This document shows, in pieces, positions 17,592 to 27,356 of a stretch of 64,000 bases of DNA. Below the pieces are notes generated by a model. That model had not been told where the DNA came from, did no database searches, and saw only the letters and a list, made by a program, of their open reading frames with translations. Every line of letters begins with the position of its first letter. The first letter of the stretch is position 1. The translations under genes and the position numbers were made by a program. The stretch comes from Dehalococcoidia bacterium (GTDB lineage: Bacteria; Chloroflexota; Dehalococcoidia; Lucifugimonadales; JAAXIE01): assembly GCA_965197805.1 (NCBI GenBank), contig OZ240229.1, positions 3,589,039 to 3,653,038 on the forward strand, given 5' to 3'.

Positions 17592-18542
17592 CTACTCCTT
17601 GGGAAACTGCGGGATCACATCTCGGGCGAACTTCTCCATGGTGGCGACTAGACTGTCGATGGTCTCGCTGTGCAGGTCGGGCAGGCTATAGAAGGTATCC
17701 ATCACCAGATGGTGGACTCCAAGGTCTTGGAAACGCCCCACCGATTCCACGATGCGGGGTGCGGTGTCCACCAGGGGCCACGTTTCGGGCATGCCGTGGG
17801 AGGGCATGGTGGCCTCGATGCGGCTGCCGGGGGTCTCGTCCATCACTTTCATCGGGTGGCGTGCCGCCAGCTTGATGCTGTTGGGATCGCGCCCTACTCT
17901 TTCGGCCAGCTCTCGCAGGCGAGGGATGCTCTCTTCCAGCAACCGAAAACTGGGGCGAGTGGGACCCCATGCGTCACCCAACTCGGCGGCGCGTCGCAGG
18001 GAGCGGCGACTGCCCCCGCCAACCCATATGGGAGGATAGGGATCCTGGTAAGGGGGCGGGTAGGACTGCACGCCTGAGAAGTCGAAGAACTTCCCCTCGA
18101 AGTTCACCGGATCCACCGTCCAAGCATGTCGCAGGGCTTGGATTGCCTCATCGGTGATGGCGCCACGGTCCTCCCATGACGCGTTGAGGCACTCGAACTC
18201 CCGCTTTGCCACTCCAACACCCACGCCGAGGATGAGTCGCCCCTTGGAAAGCTGGTCGACCGTCGCGGCTACCTGAGCGGTATGAAGAGGGTGGCGCAGG
18301 GGCATGATGACGATGCTGGTGCCCAGCTGCACCCGTTTAGTGACGGATGCGACATACCCCAGAACGGTGAACATATCGTAGTAGCCCTTGCCGAACCGCT
18401 CTACCATATCGTCGGGGACCACAACGTGGTCGCTCACCCAGACTGAATGGAAGCCCATGGCCTCGGCCTCTTGCGCAATGCGGATAATGCCGTCGGGGTC
18501 GGCGACATCACGATAGTGGGGCAGCATCACTCCGAACTTCAC
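17592..18542 (-). CDS. LLM-class (luciferase-like) flavin/F420-dependent oxidoreductase
   Basis: MKFGVMLPH...GFHSVWVSDHV...LSKGRLILGVGVG is typical of the LLM family. Confidence 0.85.
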   Translation of the reverse strand: MKFGVMLPHYRDVADPDGIIRIAQEAEAMGFHSVWVSDHVVVPDDMVERFGKGYYDMFTVLGYVASVTKRVQLGTSIVIMPLRHPLHTAQVAATVDQLSKGRLILGVGVGVAKREFECLNASWEDRGAITDEAIQALRHAWTVDPVNFEGKFFDFSGVQSYPPPYQDPYPPIWVGGGSRRSLRRAAELGDAWGPTRPSFRLLEESIPRLRELAERVGRDPNSIKLAARHPMKVMDETPGSRIEATMPSHGMPETWPLVDTAPRIVESVGRFQDLGVHHLVMDTFYSLPDLHSETIDSLVATMEKFARDVIPQFPKE

Positions 18543-18985
18543 CGCGAAACCTCCTGATGTATGGTTGGCGCTTTCTCCAAGATGGACCGCGCGAGCAGGG
18601 CAGCCGTGGCCCAGTGAACCACGGTCACGGGTGCCAGATAATACTCCACCCTAGGCCCGCTCACTACCGCCCAGCTTGTTGCCACCAGTCCCAACCCGAC
18701 GGCTGCGATAACTCCAGCTGCGATAAACAACGCCATGGCCAAGGGGGGATGGAAGACTGCCATTAGCGCTGCAACAGCGCCCACCAAGGCCCCAACGGCC
18801 ACTACGCTCTGCAGGATGTACTGCAACCTCTCAACGGTGTCCAACTCTTCGGGTGTGTAACTGTTGAGACCAATGGACGTGGCGATGAGAATACTCATGA
18901 TGAACCCGTACAGCCCCACCAAGCAACTGAAGACAAGGCCGACCCGCCTGCGGGCAAGCAGGCGGCTTATTAGATGGCCGTCCAT
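18539..18985 (-). CDS. Small integral membrane protein (four predicted hydrophobic segments)
   Basis: From ATG 18985 the sequence is hydrophobic (VGLVFSCLVGLYGFIMSILIA...). Its stop overlaps the LLM start (ATGA). Its start overlaps the SDR stop by 16 nt, which suggests operon coupling. The Arg-rich N-terminal extension of the ORF track is discounted. Confidence 0.5.
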   Translation of the reverse strand: MDGHLISRLLARRRVGLVFSCLVGLYGFIMSILIATSIGLNSYTPEELDTVERLQYILQSVVAVGALVGAVAALMAVFHPPLAMALFIAAGVIAAVGLGLVATSWAVVSGPRVEYYLAPVTVVHWATAALLARSILEKAPTIHQEVSR

Positions 18986-19752
18986 CCGCCGTCGACTATC
19001 AAGTGGTGTCCCGATGTGGCGCTGGCCGAAGGGCTGGCGAGGTACACGCAGGCGCCCACCAGTTCTTCCGGCTGCATGCGGCGCCCCAAGGGCATGTGGG
19101 CCTCCAAGTCGCGCTCCAACTCTTCCTCGGTGCGGACGTCTGTCTCCAGCAGGCCAGGGGTCACGGTGGGGCCAGGGCCGATGGCATTGACGGTGACCCC
19201 CAATGCCGTCCACTCCAAGGCCAGCACCTTGGTCAGGTTCACCACGCCGCCCTTGCTGGCGCAGTATGCCGAGCGGTTCAAAGCACCCACTGTGCCCAAC
19301 TGCGACGCGATATTGATGACACGTCCGCTGCCGCGGGGCACCATATGGCGAGCGGCGGCTTGGGCACAGAAGAAGAGTCCTTTCAGGTTGGTGTCCACGA
19401 CCCGGTCCCAGTCATCCTCGCTAACCTCCAAAGCTGGCCTGCGCACTCGCACTCCGGCGTTGTTCACCAAGATGTCCAGTTGCCCAAAGTCCTGCACCAA
19501 TCGGTCTATAGACTGACGCATGGCAGGCACGTTCAGGACGTCGACCTCGTACGTTCCACTGCTGCGGCCCATGGCCTCGATTTCGGCTTGGACGCCACGG
19601 GCTTCCTCCAAACGCTGCGCCATATCGGAGACGGCCACGTCCGCTCCGGCTTCAGCCAACCCCAAGGCGAGAGCTCGCCCTATTCCACGCGCAGAACCGG
19701 TCACCAAGGCTACCTTGCCTTCTAGGCTCAACCCCGAATATGCCATGACCAT
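18970..19752 (-). CDS. SDR-family oxidoreductase (FabG/gluconate 5-dehydrogenase-like)
   Basis: VALVTGSARGIGRA, NNAG, and YCASKGG catalytic Y-x3-K. Confidence 0.9.
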   Translation of the reverse strand: MVMAYSGLSLEGKVALVTGSARGIGRALALGLAEAGADVAVSDMAQRLEEARGVQAEIEAMGRSSGTYEVDVLNVPAMRQSIDRLVQDFGQLDILVNNAGVRVRRPALEVSEDDWDRVVDTNLKGLFFCAQAAARHMVPRGSGRVINIASQLGTVGALNRSAYCASKGGVVNLTKVLALEWTALGVTVNAIGPGPTVTPGLLETDVRTEEELERDLEAHMPLGRRMQPEELVGACVYLASPSASATSGHHLIVDGGWTAI

Positions 19753-20046
19753 CTCCTGAGGCGTGAATGCGTCATTATACCAGCATGAGTCTCGTTCCCT
19801 TGGAAGGAGGCTTTCAAGCAGCCCACAGGCTCAGTGCCATTGTTTCGAAAGTAGGCACGCATCCCCAACAGCCCATGGACGTGCGTCCCCCCATTGGTTC
19901 GTCCAGAGCGGAGTACGAGGGCGCGCGAGCAGCAATCCGCGGGCAAGATGTCGAATATCCTGTGGAGGGCATGTCGTCGGGGGTTCTATGTGAGCGGTGT
20001 ATAATGCAATTTGTTGCACAGGCCGTCCCCAGAGGAGGTGCGCGCC

Positions 20047-20829
20047 ATGGCTCAGTTGGATTTCTCCCCGTTAGACCGCCCTGATATCTCTCAAAACTCC
20101 TTCTTTCCCCGGCGCAACCGGACCCGCGCCCCTGCAGGGGCCGAGGACCACCAAGTGGAGGTCGCCCCAGGCGTGAACCTTTCCTGCCGGTTCTTCCCCT
20201 GCGATGCGGAACGGCCCACCATCCTGTTCTTCTACGGCAACGGCGAGACCACGGCTGACTACGACAATATCGCCCCCATCTACAACCAAGTCGGCCTCAA
20301 TTTCTTCGTGGCCGACTACCGCGGATACGGTCAGAGTGGCGGATCTCCCTCTTTCTGTTCCATGCAAGCCGATGCCCACTTGGTGCTGGAACACCTGCGT
20401 AGTGCCTTGGAGACAGCAGAACACTCCCCGGACATCTTCGTCATGGGCCGGTCCATGGGCCGACACCCTGCCTTCGAGCTGGCAGCCAACGCTTCCGACA
20501 ACCTGTCGGGGCTGATTGTAGAGAGCGGACGTCCCACTCTGGGCCAATTCGTACAAGGGCTGGACCCGGCCACCGGGGAATCGCTGGAAGAGGCTTACCG
20601 GCAGATGGTGACGAGCGTGTCCCTACCAGTACTGGTAATACACGGCGAGGTCGACACCCTTGCGCCACTGCACCAAGCCGTGGAGATGTTCCACGCCTTC
20701 ACTTCACCTGCCAAGCGCCTGCTGACCATACCCCGGGCCGGACACAACGACCTGCTGTATGTCGGCATCAACGAGTATTTCGGGGCAATCCACGAGTTCG
20801 TAGACGACAACCGCCCGGCCCAAAGCTAG
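20047..20829 (+). CDS. Alpha/beta hydrolase
   Basis: GRSMG nucleophile elbow and an HG...D...H arrangement. ATG 20047 lies 8 nt after GAGGAGG. The ORF track starts at 20011. Confidence 0.8.
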   Translation: MAQLDFSPLDRPDISQNSFFPRRNRTRAPAGAEDHQVEVAPGVNLSCRFFPCDAERPTILFFYGNGETTADYDNIAPIYNQVGLNFFVADYRGYGQSGGSPSFCSMQADAHLVLEHLRSALETAEHSPDIFVMGRSMGRHPAFELAANASDNLSGLIVESGRPTLGQFVQGLDPATGESLEEAYRQMVTSVSLPVLVIHGEVDTLAPLHQAVEMFHAFTSPAKRLLTIPRAGHNDLLYVGINEYFGAIHEFVDDNRPAQS

Positions 20830-20853
20830 GCCCAACGCTCAGGCCCAACGCTC
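20815..20853. repeat. Tandem triplication of the hydrolase gene terminus (GGCCCAAMGCT x3)
   Basis: GGCCCAAAGCT at 20815 (last codons before the TAG). GGCCCAACGCT at 20829 and 20842, as a 13-bp unit AGGCCCAACGCTC x2. Confidence 0.85.
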
Positions 20854-20864
20854 AGGGAGGTCCA

Positions 20865-21620
20865 ATGCCACTGGAAGGGAAGACGGCTCTAATCACCGGC
20901 TCTGGCCGCAACATAGGACGGGCGACAGCCCTCACCTTGGCCAAAGAGGGCGTCAACGTGGTGGTCAACGCCCGCACCAATCAGGCCGAGGTCGACGCCG
21001 TAGCCGAGGAAGTCCGCAGCTTGGGCGTGCGAGCCCTGCCGGTGTTGGCGGATGTCGCAGATAAGGCTTCAGTGGACTCCATGGTCTCCCAAGCTTTGGA
21101 GGAATTCGGGGGCATCGACATCCTCGTAAACAACGTGGCCATTCGCCCCCACCGCCCCTTCCTCGAAGTGACCTTGGACGAGTGGGTCAGAATCCGCAGC
21201 ATCATATTGGACGGGGCCATCTATTGCAGCCAAGCCGCCATACCATCCATGGTCGAGAAGGGTTGGGGCAGGGTCATCTACATGACTGGCTCCGGGACCT
21301 ATCGCGGTGGCGGCAACCGGGCGCATGTGTCAGCCGCCAAGATGGGGCTGGCTGGCTTGGCCCGTTCCCTGGCTTTAGAGATGGCACCCCACAATATAAC
21401 GGTAAACGTCATATCGCCTGGGACCATCGACACAGTCCACGAGGCTTCGTGGTACCCCGAGGGTGTGCCCGAGTCCCGCGCCCACTCCGAGGTGCCTCTC
21501 GGGCGGGCAGGTTGGCCGGAAGAGATTGCAGGTGCCTGTCGCTATCTAGCCTCGGATGATGGAGCCTACGTCACCGGTCAGACTCTCCACGTAAACGGCG
21601 GCCTGTTCCTAGGCTGGTAG
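20865..21620 (+). CDS. SDR-family oxidoreductase (FabG-like)
   Basis: TALITGSGRNIGRA, NNVA, and HVSAAK catalytic region. GGGAGG RBS. Confidence 0.9.
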   Translation: MPLEGKTALITGSGRNIGRATALTLAKEGVNVVVNARTNQAEVDAVAEEVRSLGVRALPVLADVADKASVDSMVSQALEEFGGIDILVNNVAIRPHRPFLEVTLDEWVRIRSIILDGAIYCSQAAIPSMVEKGWGRVIYMTGSGTYRGGGNRAHVSAAKMGLAGLARSLALEMAPHNITVNVISPGTIDTVHEASWYPEGVPESRAHSEVPLGRAGWPEEIAGACRYLASDDGAYVTGQTLHVNGGLFLGW

Positions 21621-21657
21621 TCAGTAGGCTGGTAGTCAGCAGGCTGGTAGTTAGTAG
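21611..21657. repeat. 15-bp tandem repeat x3 containing the SDR stop codon (AGGCTGGTAGTCAGY)
   Basis: AGGCTGGTAG at 21611, 21626 and 21641. Each copy carries an in-frame TAG (21618, 21633, 21648). Confidence 0.9.
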
Positions 21658-22325
21658 ACCTGCAACTCCTTGAGGTCGGACGCGACCGCCAAGTCGGCAT
21701 CAGTGACTTCCTGTACCTCTTCCGGAGTATAGCCGGGAGCGATTTCCCGGAGCACGAAGCCTTGGGGCGTGAGCTCAATAAGGCCGAGGTTGGTGCACAC
21801 CAGCTTCACCACGCCAACTGCCGTGAGGGGCAGGTTGCACCGCTTCAGCAGGCGTGGCTCCCCTTCGCGGGTGGTGTGTTCCATGGCTACATACACCCGC
21901 TTGGCTCCTACGGCTAGGTCCATGGCTCCGCCAATGCCACCGCCCTTGCGCCCCAGCGTCTTCCAGTTGGCGAAGTCCCCGTTCTCTGCGACCTCGTAGG
22001 CACCGAGCACCGTCACATCGACATGCCCCCCGCGTATGAGCGCGAAAGAGTCGGCGTGGTGAACAATGGCCGCCCCGGGGTTGAGCGTGACGTTCTGACC
22101 ACCAGCGTTCACCAAGTGGGGGTCTTCTTCTCCTTCGGGACTGAGCTCTCCATATCCGATGACCCCATTCTCTGACTGGAAGATGATCTCCCGTTCGACG
22201 TGTTTGTAGTTGGAGCAGAGGGTGGGGATGCCGATGCCGAGGTTGACCACCCAGTCATCCTGGAACTCCATGGCCAACCGGCTGGCCATAGTCTGCCGGT
22301 CAATGGGTTTCTTCTCAGTAGCCAT
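21651..22325 (-). CDS. scoB: 3-oxoacid CoA-transferase subunit B
   Basis: FQSENGVIGYG (SENG active-site glutamate motif) and full collinearity with CoA-transferase family I beta subunits. Confidence 0.9.
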   Translation of the reverse strand: MATEKKPIDRQTMASRLAMEFQDDWVVNLGIGIPTLCSNYKHVEREIIFQSENGVIGYGELSPEGEEDPHLVNAGGQNVTLNPGAAIVHHADSFALIRGGHVDVTVLGAYEVAENGDFANWKTLGRKGGGIGGAMDLAVGAKRVYVAMEHTTREGEPRLLKRCNLPLTAVGVVKLVCTNLGLIELTPQGFVLREIAPGYTPEEVQEVTDADLAVASDLKELQVY

Positions 22326-22360
22326 AACTCCCTCTTCCTATCGTCACTCCGCGAGCCCCT

Positions 22361-23077
22361 CTAGTTCACCCGCGCCGCCGCGTGCCATATCCCATCCGCC
22401 GGTATTTTGACCAAGCGCTGCACATAGATGCCGGGCAGGTGCACATGGTCAGGGTCGAAGGCGCCGACTTCCAAGAAGTCCTCCTCCACCTCGACAATGG
22501 TGGTGGTGGCCGCCATGCCCATGATGGGGTTGAAGTTACGAGATGAGAGTCTGAACTGCAGGTTGCCCGCCTCATCTGCGCGATATGCACGAAGCAGGGC
22601 ATAGTCGGCTCGCAGCGGATATTCCAGAACATGCATGCGTCCGTTGAGTTCGCGGTGCTCCTTGCCCTCGGCCGTTTCTGTACCCACTCCTGTGGGCGTG
22701 TAGAAAGCCCCGATACCCGCGCCAGCAGCACGTATGCGCTCTGCCAGCGTCCCTTGGGGCACCAGCTCCGCCTCTATCTCACCCGCCTCATTCAGCTTCT
22801 CGAAAGCCAAGGCACGGGAGGGGTGAGGGGCTGCCGTGAAGGCGCATACCATCTTGCGCACCCGCCCGTCCTCGATGAGCTTGCCTACATCGAAGAGGCC
22901 GTCGTATCCGCCGTGGTTGTTGCAGATGCCCGTGAGGTCCTTGGCGCCCTGCCGGTGCAGGGCGGCCAGCAGGTTGCGTGGCACACCGACCCCGGCGAAC
23001 CCAGGCACCATGATAGTAGCGCCATCGGGGATATCCGCCACCGCCCCATCGAAGCTGTCAAGAACCTTACTCTTCAT
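22361..23077 (-). CDS. scoA: 3-oxoacid CoA-transferase subunit A
   Basis: MKSKVLDSFDGAVADIPDGATIMVPGFAGVG is the typical N-terminus of alpha subunits. Start taken at ATG 23077. Confidence 0.9.
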   Translation of the reverse strand: MKSKVLDSFDGAVADIPDGATIMVPGFAGVGVPRNLLAALHRQGAKDLTGICNNHGGYDGLFDVGKLIEDGRVRKMVCAFTAAPHPSRALAFEKLNEAGEIEAELVPQGTLAERIRAAGAGIGAFYTPTGVGTETAEGKEHRELNGRMHVLEYPLRADYALLRAYRADEAGNLQFRLSSRNFNPIMGMAATTTIVEVEEDFLEVGAFDPDHVHLPGIYVQRLVKIPADGIWHAAARVN

Positions 23078-23314
23078 GGCAACGGACCCCCAGTACCTCG
23101 CACGGATGTCCTGCATAGTAGCGCACTAGGCGAGCGGTTGCCAGAGTAGGGAGGCAGGCCATCTCGAGGTCAGACACTTTGTGTCTCTGAGGTCTGTCGT
23201 GCGGACTCTGGGCGACCCAACGGTAAACTTGCACTCCGACAACGAACACTGCTTACCGGCACTAGCGATCGGCGCAGCACGATGGACCAAGTCTCCCCGA
23301 TGGATTCGCAGAAA

Positions 23315-24490
23315 TTACCCGTTGCCCAGCAGGTTAAGGTACTTGTAGGCCGACCCAGTGTTCAGTAAGACCGTAGTACCCTCGGGGTCCAGTTCCCCCG
23401 ACGCCAGAAGCCGCTTGGAGGCTACCAGAGTGGCGGCCCCTTCGGGGCAGGCGAACACACCCTCCGCTGCTGCCATCTCCCTCATCGCATCCACCATCTC
23501 TGAGTCCGCGACGGTGAGGGCCGTGCCGCCTGTCTCGCGAATCGCCTCCAAGACCAAGTAGTCGGCAAATGGATGTGGCACCCTCAGGCCGTCGGCCACT
23601 GTATGGGGATTGGGCCACGCCTGCGACGCCTCAGCCCCCGATTGATACGCGTGGACCACAGGCTGGCATCCCTCGGCCTGCACTGCGATGAAACGCGGCA
23701 ACCTGCCTTCCACCCAACCGAGTTCCAGCAATTCATGGTAGCCCTTATACATACCGATGATCCCAGTGCCCCCGCCCGTGGGGTAGATGATGGCGTCGGG
23801 CATTCGCCATCCCAACTGCATGGCAATTTCCAACCCCATAGTCTTTTTGCCCTCGGCCCGATAGGGCTCCTGCATGGTAGAGAGGTCGAACATCCCTTCT
23901 TCAGCAGCCCTAGCGCGAGAGAGGACTCCTGCATCGCCGATATGGCCGTCCACCAAGTTGAGCTCCGACCCCAAGGTGATGCATTCCAGCTTGTTGCCAT
24001 CAGGGGCATCCTGCGGCATGTAGACGTGGGCCTCCAAGCCGCCCCGGGCGGCATACGCCGCCATGGCCCCGGCCGCGTTGCCAGCCGAGGGCATGATCAA
24101 GCGGGTCAGCCCGACCTCTTTGGCCTTGGAGACAGCGGCGGCCAGCCCGCGGGCCTTGAACGTGCCCGTGGGGTTCAGCCCTTCGTCCTTGATATACAAG
24201 CTCGGCATCCCCAGCGATTCACCCAATCTCTGGGCGTGCAGCAGGGGCGTCCCACCCTCGCCCAAGGTGATGATGTCTTCAGGGCGCGACGCTGGCAGCA
24301 GCTCGGAGAAGGCCCACATACCCGCCTGCCGGCCTTCAACAGCCTCTCTCTGCACCTCGCGCTTCAGCCGTTGTAGGTCGTACCGGGCAAGCAGTACTTT
24401 GTTGCAAGCGGTGCAGGTACGAATCGGCTTATCGTGGGGATACGTCGCCCCACACACACTGCATTCCAAGTGTTCCAAGTAGCTGAACAT
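23315..24490 (-). CDS. thrC: Threonine synthase
   Basis: N-terminal zinc ribbon CSVCGATY...CTAC, PLP lysine motif NPTGTFKARG, and full-length collinearity. Confidence 0.9.
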   Translation of the reverse strand: MFSYLEHLECSVCGATYPHDKPIRTCTACNKVLLARYDLQRLKREVQREAVEGRQAGMWAFSELLPASRPEDIITLGEGGTPLLHAQRLGESLGMPSLYIKDEGLNPTGTFKARGLAAAVSKAKEVGLTRLIMPSAGNAAGAMAAYAARGGLEAHVYMPQDAPDGNKLECITLGSELNLVDGHIGDAGVLSRARAAEEGMFDLSTMQEPYRAEGKKTMGLEIAMQLGWRMPDAIIYPTGGGTGIIGMYKGYHELLELGWVEGRLPRFIAVQAEGCQPVVHAYQSGAEASQAWPNPHTVADGLRVPHPFADYLVLEAIRETGGTALTVADSEMVDAMREMAAAEGVFACPEGAATLVASKRLLASGELDPEGTTVLLNTGSAYKYLNLLGNG

Positions 24491-24543
24491 GTAGTTGACC
24501 TGCCTATGGGAGATGGTAAGTCCTGTGAAATCCGGTCTGCGAG

Positions 24544-24861
24544 CTACTCTGGCGAGTGCGCTACCACCGTACTGAGCCTATCGGCCAGACGCTCCTCTGC
24601 AGACTCCAGGTCGTACTGGCTTTGCAGTCCCATCCAGAAACCAGCGGAATTGCCGAAGAATCGTGACAACAGCAGGGCCGTCTCTGCTGTGATTGAGCGC
24701 TCACCCCTAACGATGGAGTGAATCCGGCGCGGGTCGACGCCGATGGCCTTGGCCACCCGGTACTGCGTGATGTTCATCGGCAGGAGGAACTCTTCGTTGA
24801 GGATTTCTCCAGGGTGGATGGGGGACAGTTTCTCCGGGCTCTGCATTGTCGTGATGCTCAT
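24544..24861 (-). CDS. higA: HigA-family antitoxin (XRE HTH)
   Basis: IHPGEILNEEFLLPMNITQYRVAKAIGVDPRRIHSIVRGERSITAETALLLSRFFG is the canonical HigA pattern. Confidence 0.85.
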   Translation of the reverse strand: MSITTMQSPEKLSPIHPGEILNEEFLLPMNITQYRVAKAIGVDPRRIHSIVRGERSITAETALLLSRFFGNSAGFWMGLQSQYDLESAEERLADRLSTVVAHSPE

Positions 24862-24887
24862 GATCGTTCTTCTTTCTCATTCCGTTC

Positions 24888-25169
24888 CTAGTGGTAGTCC
24901 ACTATTTCCACCAGTGGCGCATCTCCTTTGCTCCACACAAAGCAGATGCGCCACTGGTCATTGATACGGATGCTGTATTGCCCGTCTCTATACCCTTGAA
25001 GAGCCTCCAAACGGTTTCCCGGCGGCACTCTCAAGTCATTCAGGTCTTGAGCGTTGTTCAGCATCATAAGCTTTCGTTGTGCCCGCTTCTGGATATCGTG
25101 AGCAAGCTTACGGACCCGCCGACGCTCGGCAACCGTCTGGGTGTCTCTGTCTCGATAGCTCCTGATCAC
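24888..25169 (-). CDS. higB: HigB-family toxin (RelE/ParE superfamily, plasmid maintenance killer protein)
   Basis: IRSYRDRDT...LNDLRVPPGNRLEALQGYRDGQYSIRINDQWRICF. The toxin-first order is typical of higBA. GTG 25169 is preferred over the TTG at 25211. Confidence 0.8.
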   Translation of the reverse strand: MIRSYRDRDTQTVAERRRVRKLAHDIQKRAQRKLMMLNNAQDLNDLRVPPGNRLEALQGYRDGQYSIRINDQWRICFVWSKGDAPLVEIVDYH

Positions 25170-25363
25170 AGACTCGTAGTAGTACTTGACGCTATTAGTG
25201 TCAACCGCCAAGGACTATCCCGTCAAGCAGGCTAGGGCTCACAGTGCCAAAAGGGCAACCTGGTTGTTGACAACGGGGCAACAACTAAGCTATCTCATTC
25301 TCTTGTGCTCATTGGCCCATTCTCTTGTGCCTATTGGCTCATTCGGGCGCTACGGAGGCAATC

Positions 25364-26902
25364 ATGAAATACGACGTGATCGTGGTCGGAGCCGGGTCGG
25401 CGGGGTGTCCGCTGGCGGCACGGCTGTCCGAGGACCCCAGCCTGTCGGTGCTGCTTCTGGAAGCGGGGCCCCACTATCCCGACTTCCAGCACCTCGCCGA
25501 CGACCTGAAGTACGGCGAGACCCGTGACGCCGAGGCCGACGGAGCCCCGCACAATTGGGCCATGCGGGGCACCATCAACCCGGTTCAGGGCGAGATTCAT
25601 GTCGCCGAGGGCAAGGTCGTTGGCGGGTCGGGGGCCATCAACGGGCAGGTGTTCCTGCGCGGTCTGCCTGAAGACTACGATGACTGGGCCTCCCGGGGTA
25701 ACGACGAATGGGGTTATCTGAACGTCCTGCCCTACCTGCGCAGGCTGGAATCCGACCAGGATATTCGGGACGACTTCCACGGCGTAGACGGTCCGGTACC
25801 TGTGTTGCGTCGCCCCACCGAACCATCCCTTCCCATCCAAGCCGCCTTCCGTCAGGCGTGTCTCGCCTCCGGCTTCTCCGAGGTCGCCGACATGAACGGC
25901 CCAGGCCCTTACGGCCTCAGCTACATTCCCATGAACAACCCCGAGGGCATCCGCATGAGTACTGCCCTCACTCACCTGAACCCGGTGCAGCACCGGATGA
26001 ATCTGACCATCAGGGGTAACGTACAGGCCCGGCGGGTCGTGTTCGATGGCAAGAAGGCCGTTGGCGTGGAGGTCGAGAGCAACGGTAAGGTGTTCGTCGT
26101 GGAGGGCGAACAAATCGTGCTGAGCGCCGGAGGCATCCGCTCGCCTCACCTGATTATGCTGTCTGGCGTCGGCCCAGCAGACCAGTTGCGCGACGTGGGC
26201 ATACCCTTGGTGCACGATTCGCCCGGCGTAGGCCAGAACCTGAAGAATCACCCCTCGGCCAGCGTATCGCTGCGGGTGAAACCGGGTGTGGCTCTGCACC
26301 TCGACATCACCAAGTCCCGCTTCGCCCTGCGCTACACGGCCACCGCCTCCAGTACTCCCAACGACATCATGGTGATGACCAACTCGGTGTTCTCCACCCT
26401 CAGCGGCGACACCATGCCGGAAGACACTTTCCGAATTGCATGTGCCTTGGAGATGCCCGCCAGTGTGGGAGAGGTGCGAATCGTATCAGCCGATCCTCGT
26501 GTCCAACCCTACTTCAACTACCACTACTTGGAAGACCCTTGGGACCGCGAGCGTCTGCGCGAAGGGCTGCGATTCGTCCGCCAGCTGGTTGAGCACCCCA
26601 CCTACCAGGAAATCGTCGCACAGTGGATCAACCCCACCGAGGAGGAGCTGGCTGACGACGACAAGCTGGATGCTTATCTGTTCCGCACCGTAGGCACCTC
26701 GCGACACTATTCCTGCACATGCCGCATGGGCTCGGATTCCGACCCCATGGCCGTGGCCGACCAGTACTGCCGGGTGCGAGGTGTAGAGAACCTGCGAATC
26801 GCCGACTGCTCCGTCCTTCCCCAAATCACCCGCGCGAATACGAACGCCACCGCCATACTGGTCGGCGAACGAGTCGCGGACTGGATCAAGGAGGGCAAGT
26901 AG
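25364..26902 (+). CDS. GMC-family FAD oxidoreductase (choline dehydrogenase-like)
   Basis: YDVIVVGAGSAGCPLAARLSE FAD motif and a C-terminal GMC signature region. ATG 25364 lies 5 nt after GGAGG. Confidence 0.9.
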   Translation: MKYDVIVVGAGSAGCPLAARLSEDPSLSVLLLEAGPHYPDFQHLADDLKYGETRDAEADGAPHNWAMRGTINPVQGEIHVAEGKVVGGSGAINGQVFLRGLPEDYDDWASRGNDEWGYLNVLPYLRRLESDQDIRDDFHGVDGPVPVLRRPTEPSLPIQAAFRQACLASGFSEVADMNGPGPYGLSYIPMNNPEGIRMSTALTHLNPVQHRMNLTIRGNVQARRVVFDGKKAVGVEVESNGKVFVVEGEQIVLSAGGIRSPHLIMLSGVGPADQLRDVGIPLVHDSPGVGQNLKNHPSASVSLRVKPGVALHLDITKSRFALRYTATASSTPNDIMVMTNSVFSTLSGDTMPEDTFRIACALEMPASVGEVRIVSADPRVQPYFNYHYLEDPWDRERLREGLRFVRQLVEHPTYQEIVAQWINPTEEELADDDKLDAYLFRTVGTSRHYSCTCRMGSDSDPMAVADQYCRVRGVENLRIADCSVLPQITRANTNATAILVGERVADWIKEGK

Positions 26903-27019
26903 TGGCGCTAAGGTGTGAGGGAGGGTGAGCCTCTACTACACGCTATTGGGCGGTCCGCGATCCGATTGACACCCTTCCGGCATCGCCATAGAATGGCCCC
27001 GCTTTAACAACTTAATAAG

Positions 27020-27185
27020 CAGTCCCGGGTACCCACAGGGTTTAAGAGGGAAGGCGGTGTGAGACCGCCGCGGTAGCGCCACTGTAATTGGGGAGCGGGC
27101 CGGCAACAATCCACTGTTCCATTAGGGATGGGAAGGGGCCGGGCCCGTAGTGATCCATGAGCCAGGAGACCTGCCCGGGAAAGCG
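27020..27185 (+). promoter_or_regulatory. Cobalamin (B12) riboswitch
   Basis: AAGAGGGAAGGCGGTGTGAGACCGCC...GCCACTGT...B12 box GAGCCAGGAGACCTGCC. The P1 helix pairs CCCGGGT (27024) with CCCGGG (27174). Lies upstream of a BtuF-like operon. Confidence 0.85.
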
Positions 27186-27255
27186 GAGCCCTACTCTGCG
27201 CGTGACGGAGTCGGCTCTCGGAACGCCTGCGGCGGCTTCAGCCAATGCCTTTCCG

Positions 27256-27288
27256 AAACCCGGCTCTAACAGGGGCCGGGTTTTTTGT
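27256..27288 (+). terminator. Riboswitch expression-platform intrinsic terminator
   Basis: AACCCGGC-loop-GCCGGGTT followed by TTTTTGTTG. Confidence 0.6.
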
Positions 27289-27356
27289 TGCCCATTTGCG
27301 TTGCCACCTGTTGCTCAGCGTAAGGGCCTCCGAGAGCAGTAAGGAGGCTGTGTCAA

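Noticed and set aside
18986-19213. N-terminal 76-aa extension of the small membrane protein ORF (18539..19213).
   Set aside because: The extension is Arg/Gly/His-rich and lies entirely antisense-frame within the SDR gene 3' region. The hydrophobic protein begins at ATG 18985.
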